DNA of 56,445 nucleotides, from the IMG/VR virus record IMGVR_UViG_3300031718_000013, positions 1-56,445 of that record; one strand, written 5' to 3'. The stretch is from a virus. Taxonomy: Duplodnaviria; Caudoviricetes. The notes beneath the pieces were generated by a model. It did not search any database, was not told the DNA's origin, and worked only from the letters and a program-made list of their open reading frames with translations. This document shows positions 35,133-43,475 of this stretch, in pieces (the first letter of the stretch is position 1; the number at the start of each line of letters is the position of its first letter). The translations under genes and the position numbers were made by a program.

Positions 35133-35294
35133 GTGTTACTGCTAATCATCATCCTTATTCTGCTTTTCGGAGGTGGCGGATACTATGGCGGGTGGTACGG
35201 CCCCTACAACTATGGCTCCTATGGTCCGGGTGGCTTATTGCCGCTGATTCTTATAATCGTGCTCATAGTTCTCTTGATGCGAGGGAGGTTCTAA
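35133..35294 (+). CDS. DUF3309-like small membrane protein (53 aa)
   Basis: AAGGAGG RBS; MLLLIIILILLFGGGGYYGG...GPGGLLPLILIIVLIVLLMRGRF. Confidence 0.75.
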   Translation: MLLLIIILILLFGGGGYYGGWYGPYNYGSYGPGGLLPLILIIVLIVLLMRGRF

Positions 35295-35296
35295 AC

Positions 35297-35470
35297 ATGG
35301 ACGCTTCTGTACTAACCTGCATCGTCGCGATCTGGGCATTTTGCTATATCTTCTGCGAGTACAGCCCGCCCCCGCAGCCGGCCCGGCAGTTTGTTCTTAT
35401 GCTCGGCCTCGTGCTGATCTTCGTGCTGATGATCTTCGGCGGCTACGGCATTTACCACGGAATACGGTGA
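35297..35470 (+). CDS. Small two-TM membrane protein
   Basis: GGAGG RBS; two hydrophobic segments. Confidence 0.65.
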   Translation: MDASVLTCIVAIWAFCYIFCEYSPPPQPARQFVLMLGLVLIFVLMIFGGYGIYHGIR

Positions 35471-35847
35471 TGCCCACCGTGCCGCTCCCACCTTGGCTCC
35501 GCAAGATTCAGCAAAGCTGGTACTGGCAATTTCTCGGCCTGCCGCTGCTCGTCGGTTTCGGCGGATCGATGGTGACGATGGGCTGTCTCAAGGACGGCAT
35601 CCAGAACGTCGCGCCGGCCTGCTTTTGGGGCGCGGTGAACACAACCATCATTTCGTTTTTCACGGTGCTTATCTCGGGACATTCGCCGGGCAGCGCCAGT
35701 TTCGAACCGAACGGGACGACTAACACCCCCGTCGAGAACTTGGTCACGATCCAGAAGGCGGCGGATACCACCCGGCCCGAGATGAAGGACGTTGTAACCC
35801 ACGTCGAGCAGCAAGTGGCGATGGCCGCCAACGTAGCGAAGAACTGA
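35470..35847 (+). CDS. Two-TM protein, holin candidate
   Basis: Two hydrophobic segments; near the endolysin. Confidence 0.45.
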   Translation: MPTVPLPPWLRKIQQSWYWQFLGLPLLVGFGGSMVTMGCLKDGIQNVAPACFWGAVNTTIISFFTVLISGHSPGSASFEPNGTTNTPVENLVTIQKAADTTRPEMKDVVTHVEQQVAMAANVAKN

Positions 35848-35860
35848 CTTAGGAGATCCT

Positions 35861-36391
35861 ATGAAACGACTCGCAATTCTCTTGCTCGCCCTCGCGCTCT
35901 TCCCGCTCACGGCTCATGCCGCACACCACAGAGCGCACCACGTCTCTTTTCCCTTGCGCGGAGTCTACAGCGTCACGATCAATAACACGCAGAAGATGCC
36001 GGTCAGTTGCGGGGCGATCGCGCCTCCGAATCCGACGACCGGCTACCCTGTTAGCTGGTGGCCGAACACGGCGCCGGTGTTCACTTCCGACAATGCGAGC
36101 GTCACACTGGCGCCGATAAGCGGTGGCTCGAACCAGGTGTGGGCGATACCGAAATCAGGATTCGTTGGAACCGCCAACATCACGTGCTCATACACGAATC
36201 CCGATGGCAAGGTCGCGACTCCCAGCTCGGGGCAGATAATCGTTGCGGGAGCGCCGGCACCGACTCCGGAGCCGTCACCAAGCGCGAGTCCTGCCCCTAC
36301 CGCTATTCCATCAGCGAAGCCTTCGCCGGATATTACCGGAACCGGCATTAGCTTTTGTGGCCCGAGCGGGTGTAATCCAGTAGCGCAGTGA
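35861..36391 (+). CDS. Secreted Ig-like protein with Pro-rich linker
   Basis: MKRLAILLLALALFPLTAHA signal peptide; FTSDN, GTANITCSY. Confidence 0.7.
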   Translation: MKRLAILLLALALFPLTAHAAHHRAHHVSFPLRGVYSVTINNTQKMPVSCGAIAPPNPTTGYPVSWWPNTAPVFTSDNASVTLAPISGGSNQVWAIPKSGFVGTANITCSYTNPDGKVATPSSGQIIVAGAPAPTPEPSPSASPAPTAIPSAKPSPDITGTGISFCGPSGCNPVAQ

Positions 36392-36807
36392 GCGACAAGC
36401 TGACAGCGTTCGGCTCCCTCTTTCTGATCTTGATGGTCGTCTTCGTGCTCGTCCAGGTTCAGCGGGACGTGGATAACGATTTTATCTATCCGATGCCGCT
36501 CCACCCCGGCGTGAACGTGATTCTGCACGATGCCGGATACGCGCAGCTCTACAGCTTCCGATTCATCAACGCGAACAAGCCGGTGTCGCTCTTTATAGGC
36601 GCTCCAAATACCGACTGCAGGGCGCGCGTGGGCGATCTCGCTGATTTGACTGAGGGCGTGAAGTTCACACTCACCGCTTCGGACGCGAGCTATTTGCACA
36701 AGGATTTCTGCGCGACCGTGCAGGCCGGGGAATGGCCGATGGTGTACGAATGCTGGCCAGCGTCGGGGATGGCCGGGGCGTGGAAGTCTTGTAGGAGGAT
36801 GCCATGA
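36388..36807 (+). CDS. Membrane-anchored hypothetical protein
   Basis: N-terminal TM; Cys pairs. Confidence 0.6.
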   Translation: MSDKLTAFGSLFLILMVVFVLVQVQRDVDNDFIYPMPLHPGVNVILHDAGYAQLYSFRFINANKPVSLFIGAPNTDCRARVGDLADLTEGVKFTLTASDASYLHKDFCATVQAGEWPMVYECWPASGMAGAWKSCRRMP

Positions 36808-37313
36808 AGGCTATCGCGTGGGTTTATTGGGCGGTTCTCATTGTGTTCGGCCTATTGTACTTAGGCGGAACTCTCGTCGTTGTTCATTACCACCGCCAAG
36901 CTCGCGCGCTACAGGCAAGCAAGATAGCCGCCGCGCGCGCCGCTATTCTTAAGCACGGCCCCTGCATCGACCGTCCGTGCGATACGACCGTGCCGCTACC
37001 GTCGATGGAGTCGTATCAATGTTCCTATAGTACTGAGTGGCCACCAAAGGTCAGTTGGCCTGCAAAATGTCGCCAGATGCCCGATGGTGCCATGAACTGT
37101 GATTGTGGGGCGAATGACCCCGGCAGTGCAGCTACCAATCAGTATTATATGTGGCCTGCCGATTCTGCTACCGCTGCCAAGCCCTGCGCCGAGGTCAAAT
37201 CCAAGAAAGACGGCTGCAAGACGCCCAAGGGTAAGCCGACACCCTGCCTCATCCTGGATATTTACAACGCCTGCCACGCCGCGACTCCCGTACCGACGCC
37301 CCATGCCGGCTGA
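36804..37313 (+). CDS. Membrane-anchored Cys-rich protein
   Basis: N-terminal TM; 10 Cys. Confidence 0.6.
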   Translation: MKAIAWVYWAVLIVFGLLYLGGTLVVVHYHRQARALQASKIAAARAAILKHGPCIDRPCDTTVPLPSMESYQCSYSTEWPPKVSWPAKCRQMPDGAMNCDCGANDPGSAATNQYYMWPADSATAAKPCAEVKSKKDGCKTPKGKPTPCLILDIYNACHAATPVPTPHAG

Positions 37314-37473
37314 CCCGCTGACCGCCTATCGTCTACTCGCAGTGGATATTAACATCCTGTCTAATCTCGCGCGGTTTTTGCACCAGGCTGGCTACGACAT
37401 TCGCGCCAAGGAACTCGAAGACCTCATCGAGCGGGCGAAGGCGAATCCATATCGCGAAGGCGGACTCGACTAA
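37303..37473 (+). CDS. Hypothetical protein
   Basis: 3' part of ORF 37099-37473. Confidence 0.45.
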   Translation: MPADPLTAYRLLAVDINILSNLARFLHQAGYDIRAKELEDLIERAKANPYREGGLD

Positions 37474-37518
37474 GCGTTCCGTTTGCTGTTCCGTTCGCAT
37501 CGGAGTACCGTTCGTCCT

Positions 37519-37626
37519 GTGCGATGCGGAACGTGTAGAAAGAAACTCACAGGCACTAAGCGCCGCCGATACTGCGATTCTTCCTGCCGCGCTCGTGCAT
37601 TTCGAAAGAGGCGGGCGAAGCGGTGA
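37519..37626 (+). CDS. Tiny C4 zinc-finger peptide
   Basis: MRCGTCRKKLTGTKRRRYCDSSCRARAFRKR; GTGA overlap with the next gene. Confidence 0.5.
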   Translation: MRCGTCRKKLTGTKRRRYCDSSCRARAFRKRRAKR

Positions 37627-37880
37627 AGCAATTCACGATCGGTGAGCAAGATTGGAGTGAACTCACGAGACTGGCCTCTCAGCCTTTTATTACGGTTGGT
37701 TCATTCACCCACGCAGAACTTCTTGAACTTTCCGGGATCCGCGATAAATGGCGCGAGATCGGCAAGCGGCTGGGGTTCAACGCTAACAAGGACATTCGCA
37801 CTATCGACAAAGACGCGCGCATCATCGAGGCGCATCCAATTAAGGCGCATCGGAGAAAGCTCAGAAGGAAGCGCCGGTGA
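37623..37880 (+). CDS. Hypothetical protein
   Basis: ORF track. Confidence 0.6.
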   Translation: MKQFTIGEQDWSELTRLASQPFITVGSFTHAELLELSGIRDKWREIGKRLGFNANKDIRTIDKDARIIEAHPIKAHRRKLRRKRR

Positions 37881-39196
37881 AGATCGTATTTTGCAGCACG
37901 GTAAAAAATCGGTCCGCCCATCTCGCCCTGACGCTGCCGAAGAATCTTGAAGGCAACCCAAAATCGAAGTTTATCGTTCTGGATTATGGTAGCGACGAAT
38001 CCCTGCCTGAGATTAAGTCGGATCGCGTCAGCATTTACAGGTACGAAGCGCCCAGCTTCAAAATGGCGCACGCCAAAAATATGAGCCACAGGCTCGGGAT
38101 GCTCGAAGGCGCAGACGTGCTCGTGAACCTCGATGCGGACAATTACCTCGGCGACGGCTTCGAAGACTTCGTGGAGGGCTGGTTTGAAGAGGCGGCTCTA
38201 TCGAAGTTCGCGCCGAAACCAATCTTTCTCTGGTCAGGTCTGGTCAAAGGTCTCGGTCGGAAGTTCCGTGGCGTGAGCGGTCGCATCGCAGTGACTCCCG
38301 CGGCGTTCATCAAAGCTGGCGGCTATGACGAGAAATATGACACTTGGGCGCCTGACGACAAGGATTTCAACGCGCGGCTTTGCTGCCTCGGCTATAGGCC
38401 GGTGCAGATCGATCGCGAGTATTTGGAAGCGATCCCGCATGGCCACGGAATGAGATTTCAGGAGTATCCCCACGCTCGAGAGGCAGCGGATGGCGAAGAG
38501 CAAGAGTTGCCGCCGTTCAAAAGCGCGGTAGTAAATGGCGGTAAGATCGGGTGCGGATTCCTTACCGGGACGGACGGTTCAAATGTCGATCTCAAACCGA
38601 TCCCTACCCGCATTTTCGGGATTGGGATGCACAAGACCGCGACCACTTCCCTGCATACGGCCTTGAAGATCCTCGGCTACGAGAGCGAGCATTGGGGAGC
38701 GAACGGATGGGCGCGCAAGGTCTGGGACGAGATGCGCGCGGCCGGCGTCTCTCCGAGCCTCGAGCGATTCTATGCGGCGTCGGACCTACCGATCAGCCTT
38801 TTGTACCGCGAGCTGGACAAGGCGTATCCAGGCTCGAAGTTCATCCTGACAATCCGTGAGGAATTCGACTGGCTGCGTAGCGTGCGGAATCACTTTTCCT
38901 ACCGGTTCAATCCGTACCGCTGGGAATGGGACCGGTATCCATTTTCGAACAGGATTCACCAGGCGCTCTACGGGCGCAGGGACTTCGACGCCACGACGAT
39001 GCTGAATCGCTACCGGAAGCACAACGCCGAAGTGCGTGCGTATTTCAAGAATCGGCCGGGCGATCTGTTGGTGCTCGACATGGACAAGCGGGGAGGGTGG
39101 ACAGAGCTTTGCGGGTTCCTTCAAAAGCCGCTGCCCAGCGTCGAATACCCGAGGAAATTCGTAACCAACAATCTTTCGAAAGGAGCAGGAATTTAA
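37877..39196 (+). CDS. Fused GT-A glycosyltransferase and sulfotransferase
   Basis: LVNLDAD and GGYDEKY.TWAPDDKDF..RL; IFGIGMHKTATTS PAPS loop, YPGSKFILTIR, GW..LCGFL. Confidence 0.85.
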   Translation: MKIVFCSTVKNRSAHLALTLPKNLEGNPKSKFIVLDYGSDESLPEIKSDRVSIYRYEAPSFKMAHAKNMSHRLGMLEGADVLVNLDADNYLGDGFEDFVEGWFEEAALSKFAPKPIFLWSGLVKGLGRKFRGVSGRIAVTPAAFIKAGGYDEKYDTWAPDDKDFNARLCCLGYRPVQIDREYLEAIPHGHGMRFQEYPHAREAADGEEQELPPFKSAVVNGGKIGCGFLTGTDGSNVDLKPIPTRIFGIGMHKTATTSLHTALKILGYESEHWGANGWARKVWDEMRAAGVSPSLERFYAASDLPISLLYRELDKAYPGSKFILTIREEFDWLRSVRNHFSYRFNPYRWEWDRYPFSNRIHQALYGRRDFDATTMLNRYRKHNAEVRAYFKNRPGDLLVLDMDKRGGWTELCGFLQKPLPSVEYPRKFVTNNLSKGAGI

Positions 39197-39525
39197 TGTT
39201 TCAGGAGAGTAAGGAACTAACCGTTACGAGCGCGCCGCGAACGGGGAAGTGGCACGAGTTGGCGGAGGCGATTCGGCGTGGGATCGCGAAAGCGCCTAAG
39301 CAATGTTTCGGTGCTATCAATCGCGGATTCAACGCGACATGCGCTATTGGGGCAGCGCTAGACGGCGGGGCATCAGAGTGGGGTATTGCCGAACCTTGTC
39401 CTGTCTGCGGCAAGGGAGATGACGGCGGAGGTGTTGGCCCACATTGTTTAGCCCTGCTCGCGCACCTCAACGACGACCACCGCTGGACGCGCGAGCGAAT
39501 CGCGGATTGGCTCGACACGCTATAA
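39196..39525 (+). CDS. Hypothetical phage protein (CAIGA...HLND...WT...IADWL type)
   Basis: TAATG overlap; starts MFQESKELTVT. Confidence 0.7.
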   Translation: MFQESKELTVTSAPRTGKWHELAEAIRRGIAKAPKQCFGAINRGFNATCAIGAALDGGASEWGIAEPCPVCGKGDDGGGVGPHCLALLAHLNDDHRWTRERIADWLDTL

Positions 39526-39540
39526 GGAGAGACCTTTCTA

Positions 39541-40245
39541 ATGCCCCCACGATTATTGAAGGGAGCGAATCCCACCCCGAGACACCTACTCGCAGCGGCG
39601 ATGCCTCACGTCGCCACGACACCGACGCCGCCACAATTCCTGTGGTTGCCTAAGCAGCTGAACCTTTGGGGAAACGGTATGTTTGGTGACTGTTGTACGG
39701 CCGAGGAAGCCTTCGCGAAAGCCTGCAACTTTCCTGAGATTTTCATTCCTCCCGCCAAGATCGTTAAATGGGCGAGAAATCACTTCGTCCTGAACGGCGC
39801 GGGCCTCTACGAAGTCCTCCAACTGATGCAGACGATCGGTATCGATCACGACCTCGTGACGTATAAGGACGGTCCGTTTCACTCGGTTAATTGGATGGAC
39901 GTGCCGCTGCTGCAGAACGCGATCGCGCAAGGGCCGGTCAAGATCGGTGTCGCGTCGGATCACTTAATCCAAGTGCCGAATATCGGCGTCTCGAACGGCT
40001 GGATCGCTACAGGACTGCCGACTGGAGATCCACTAGATCATTGCATTTCGCTCGCCGGCTACGGGCCTGCATCGTGGCTGGCAACACAGCTTGGGGCGAC
40101 ACTGCCGGCGGAAATCGCGGGCGACACGCCGATGTACGCCGCCTTCACTTGGTCGACCGTGGGCCTGATCGACCCCGATTCCGTTTCGGCAATTACCGGT
40201 GAGGCGTGGCTCCGCACCCCTACGACGATCTCAAAACCCGACTGA
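39541..40245 (+). CDS. Papain-like cysteine peptidase-fold protein
   Basis: WGN..FGDCCTA (Cys), DHCISLAGYG (His), FTWS. Confidence 0.65.
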   Translation: MPPRLLKGANPTPRHLLAAAMPHVATTPTPPQFLWLPKQLNLWGNGMFGDCCTAEEAFAKACNFPEIFIPPAKIVKWARNHFVLNGAGLYEVLQLMQTIGIDHDLVTYKDGPFHSVNWMDVPLLQNAIAQGPVKIGVASDHLIQVPNIGVSNGWIATGLPTGDPLDHCISLAGYGPASWLATQLGATLPAEIAGDTPMYAAFTWSTVGLIDPDSVSAITGEAWLRTPTTISKPD

Positions 40246-40255
40246 GGGAAAATAT

Positions 40256-40639
40256 ATGAAACGACGGCTAACTCTATGTTTGTTTGTCTATGTGCTGCTT
40301 CGCTGTGCGCTCTTTATTTCGGGGTGCGCGACGATCGACAGCTCCACGACTTGCCCTAGCGGCACGATTGGAACGTCCTGGGGGCTGAATGGCTCTCAGG
40401 TCGGAAACCAGTTGATTGCGATGGGTGCCGCGGCCGCTAAGGTCGCCGGCTTCATGGCGACAGCACCGGGTGCCAACCAGCCCGCACCGACGACGATCAC
40501 GATGCACTACTCTTATGTGCCGATCTTCGGGCAGGATGGCGGATCGACGACATGCGTGATGCCGGGCGGAATCGCTGCCGGTGGTGGCACCACGATCAAC
40601 AATAGCCAAGGCGGCGTCATCAACATGCCCCATCCTTGA
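40256..40639 (+). CDS. Probable lipoprotein
   Basis: MKRRLTLCLFVYVLLRCALFISG-C lipobox. Confidence 0.6.
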   Translation: MKRRLTLCLFVYVLLRCALFISGCATIDSSTTCPSGTIGTSWGLNGSQVGNQLIAMGAAAAKVAGFMATAPGANQPAPTTITMHYSYVPIFGQDGGSTTCVMPGGIAAGGGTTINNSQGGVINMPHP

Positions 40640-40696
40640 CTTCGAGTGGCCAAAAGCGGAGATAATCCGCTCAACCGAGATTTGGAGGTACGTTCG

Positions 40697-40924
40697 ATGA
40701 TGACAGGACAGCTACGCATTACAGGGCACGAGGGCGACGTGTCGCACGAGTGGGACAAGAACGATCCGGGGTCGGTTCAGGAAGCCGAGCGCGTGTTTAA
40801 CGACTTGCTGCACAGCCGCAAGGGGATGGCCTTCAAGATGGAGGGCATCGTCGGAGAGCGGCTTCTGAAATTCGATCCGGATGCGAAGGAGATCATCCTT
40901 TTCGGGCAGCCGCAGGGCGGCTGA
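40697..40924 (+). CDS. Hypothetical protein ending in GG
   Basis: GGAGG RBS; FDPDAKEIILFGQPQGG. Confidence 0.7.
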   Translation: MMTGQLRITGHEGDVSHEWDKNDPGSVQEAERVFNDLLHSRKGMAFKMEGIVGERLLKFDPDAKEIILFGQPQGG

Positions 40925-40925
40925 G

Positions 40926-41621
40926 ATGGCGGCGCCTCGCGGAATTAGTGCCGCGCCAACGATCGAAGAGGAATTCAACCACCTGCTCGACCGAGCACTC
41001 AGAGAACAAGCTCGCTGGTACGAACGACGCCTCGCTGAATTGCAGGGGCAATTAGAGATCGAGCGCGAGCGGCACGCGCGACAGTTCGAAATGGCGCGGC
41101 AGATGTACTCGCATCGGTTCATCGAGACGCCGCGCTTTGAACCGTGGCTCACAGAGTCCGACCCTCGACTATCGCCGGTCTTTTTCAGCGCGGTTCGCTC
41201 AGATCCTGAGAGTTTCAACCCCGGAGCGATAGCACCTGGGGAGGTCATTACCGTCTCGGAGCCGCACGTCTCATTCTGGGAACCGCATCCCGAAGCCCGC
41301 GCGCGCGCCCGGAAGCTCCTGCTCGACCACCTGACGCCTGAACAACGGCAGACCTACGAGCGAAACCGTTATTTTCACGTTAGATCGAGCAGCGGTGCCA
41401 CTTGGACTGTCTCGGAAGAGGTAACTCGCCGGCTCACCGATCGTCACTCGTTTTGCATCGAGATCGCCGAGGCCGTGCCCGTCGAGGATAATCTCCTGAT
41501 GCGGAAGCTCCTGCTCGAAACCAACGAGGCGGAATTTCTCAGGGTGGCGAACGACCTTACCGAAATGACGGCCGGCCATCGCGGAGTCGCCTATTACGCA
41601 AATATGGTCATACCGAGGTAA
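40926..41621 (+). CDS. Hypothetical protein
   Basis: ORF track; LL..LT.EQ..TY....YF.V.SSSG and LLLETNEAEFLRVAN patterns. Confidence 0.7.
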   Translation: MAAPRGISAAPTIEEEFNHLLDRALREQARWYERRLAELQGQLEIERERHARQFEMARQMYSHRFIETPRFEPWLTESDPRLSPVFFSAVRSDPESFNPGAIAPGEVITVSEPHVSFWEPHPEARARARKLLLDHLTPEQRQTYERNRYFHVRSSSGATWTVSEEVTRRLTDRHSFCIEIAEAVPVEDNLLMRKLLLETNEAEFLRVANDLTEMTAGHRGVAYYANMVIPR

Positions 41622-41624
41622 ATC

Positions 41625-42284
41625 ATGGGCCGAAGAAAGAAGCCAACCGAGGCTGACGAGCGCGACCCAAAAGGAGTCGCGTCCCAGCAAGCCATGAACG
41701 GCGACGAGCCTCATCCGGACGCCGACGAACCCTCCAATCGCAGAGCCATCGGCTACGAGCATCCGCCCAAGGAAGTCTACGATCTGCTCGACACGGCGAT
41801 GACGCGATGGCATCCCGAGCTCGTCCAGGCCCAGGTCAAGGTTGCGCCACTATTCGCGCGCGCCTACGACCGCCACGGAGACGCGATCCCGGCAATCAAG
41901 GTCCGCGGGCACGCCTGCATCGCGAAGATCAAGATCACGTCGCTCGAGGACCGTGTGCGCGCCGGCGGACTGTGCGATGCCAAGCTGCTGATCGATGGCT
42001 CCAGATGGGAGCGGATGGGCCACAATGCGCGCCTGGCCATGCTCGACCACGAGCTTGAGCACCTGATCGTGGACGAGGACAAGCTCGACGACGCCGGCCG
42101 GCCGAAGCTCAAGATGAAGCCGCATGACTGGTCCGTAGAAGGCTTCGATGAGGTCGCTAAACGTCAGGGTGAGAACTCGATCGAGGTACAGGGCGCCGCG
42201 GCGCTGCGGGAGAGATTCGCGCAGATGCTGTTGCAGTTCCCGGGTGATGCGCGGCCGGTTCTTTCGGATCTGAATCAGACATGA
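41625..42284 (+). CDS. Putative phage metallopeptidase
   Basis: AMLDHELEH (HExxH) and PHD..VEGF..VA.R.G. Confidence 0.75.
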   Translation: MGRRKKPTEADERDPKGVASQQAMNGDEPHPDADEPSNRRAIGYEHPPKEVYDLLDTAMTRWHPELVQAQVKVAPLFARAYDRHGDAIPAIKVRGHACIAKIKITSLEDRVRAGGLCDAKLLIDGSRWERMGHNARLAMLDHELEHLIVDEDKLDDAGRPKLKMKPHDWSVEGFDEVAKRQGENSIEVQGAAALRERFAQMLLQFPGDARPVLSDLNQT

Positions 42285-42287
42285 GGC

Positions 42288-42316
42288 TTGCGGTGAATTT
42301 TATTTTTCGGTAGAAC
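42288..42316 (+). promoter_or_regulatory. Promoter for the replication module
   Basis: TTGCGG-17 nt-TAGAAC with an AT-rich spacer. Confidence 0.5.
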
Positions 42317-42436
42317 GTAGGTGCGCGGCGGCTTGCGCGAGCCGTCAAATCCGCTTCACCGTCAGTCGGTCCTTTGTCCCAACTCAGGCCGGCTGGCGGT
42401 GGGGCTTCTCAAGCGGTGGAGTTGGGAGACGGTCCG

Positions 42437-43213
42437 GTGGCGGACGAATATCTTGTCGTCAAAAATTTCGAGAAGTTCCAGCACTACAAAAAACTGGCGA
42501 TCCCGGCCTGGATAAAACTCCACCGGTCGCTTCTCACTGACTTCGATTTTCAGGCTCTGCCGGACACATCGAAGGCGCATTTGATGATGATCTGGCTGCT
42601 CGTGAGCCAGCGAAACGACCGTCGCATACCAAATAACGCCCTCTGGATCGCCCAAAAAATAGGTTCCACCGAGCCTGTTAATTTACCGGATTTGATAGGC
42701 GGTGGTTGGCTTATTCCTCTAGACCACTTTCGAAAAGTAGGTCGCCCTAGATTAGATAAGAATAGATCAGATCAGATCAGATCAGACCCCCCTATAGTCC
42801 CCCCAACGGGGGACGTGGGGGTGATCTCGTTTGATACTTTCTGGACTGGCTATCCCCGGAAGGACGGAAAGAAGCCAGCCGCGGAAGCGTTTGCGAAATT
42901 GACTCTCGAGCAACAGGGCCTTGCTATCGCCGATGTTCCCCTTCGGGTCTCCGCGAATTGGGCTGGCCGTGAACTCAGCAAGATTCCGCACGCGACGACG
43001 TATCTGAACCAGCGCCGGTGGGAGGACGAGCTGATGCCCGCAAATGGGCGTGCGTCACCAGGACTGCGGTTGAACGACGGCCATCAAAATCTATTTCAAT
43101 CGATCGTGCTCTCGAAGGAGAAAGAAAATGGAAGAGTCGGAAACCAAACAAATCCTACTGAAAGTATCGGCCATTTGGAGCCGCCAACCGACCGACGACG
43201 TGGTTCAAGCTGA
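42437..43213 (+). CDS. Phage replication initiator
   Basis: NFEKFQHYK, WIKLH, FDTFW..YPRK..K..A and PHATTYLNQRRWEDE. Confidence 0.8.
   Translation: MADEYLVVKNFEKFQHYKKLAIPAWIKLHRSLLTDFDFQALPDTSKAHLMMIWLLVSQRNDRRIPNNALWIAQKIGSTEPVNLPDLIGGGWLIPLDHFRKVGRPRLDKNRSDQIRSDPPIVPPTGDVGVISFDTFWTGYPRKDGKKPAAEAFAKLTLEQQGLAIADVPLRVSANWAGRELSKIPHATTYLNQRRWEDELMPANGRASPGLRLNDGHQNLFQSIVLSKEKENGRVGNQTNPTESIGHLEPPTDRRRGSS
42747..42814 (+). repeat. Eight NNAGA pentamers plus C/G tracts inside the initiator gene; probable origin
   Basis: CTAGA TTAGA TAAGA ATAGA (TCAGA)4, then CCCCCCTATAGTCCCCCCAACGGGGGAC. Confidence 0.6.
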
Positions 43214-43475
43214 ATGGGCCGAGTGCCTGTCGCGTGTGAGTTTCAAGGCAGCGCTCGACGTTGTTCGTGGATACCGGGACCAGGGAAATGCTGAGCCGCC
43301 AACGTGCGGCCAAATTTACCGAGATGCTTGGGATGCCGACGCGCGCGCCGAGCGATACCGCCGGCAAAAACAACGCCAGATCGAGGATGCGAACTTTGAA
43401 CGGGCGACACCAGAACAAATGGCGCGAATCCGCAAGCTGGTAGCCGATTCGTTGAACAAGGTGGCCCCGAAGTGA
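43128..43475 (+). CDS. Probable helicase loader/inhibitor (G39P-like)
   Basis: E...IL.......W...L......A.......PP....I pattern; lies between initiator and DnaB. Confidence 0.55.
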   Translation: MEESETKQILLKVSAIWSRQPTDDVVQAEWAECLSRVSFKAALDVVRGYRDQGNAEPPTCGQIYRDAWDADARAERYRRQKQRQIEDANFERATPEQMARIRKLVADSLNKVAPK

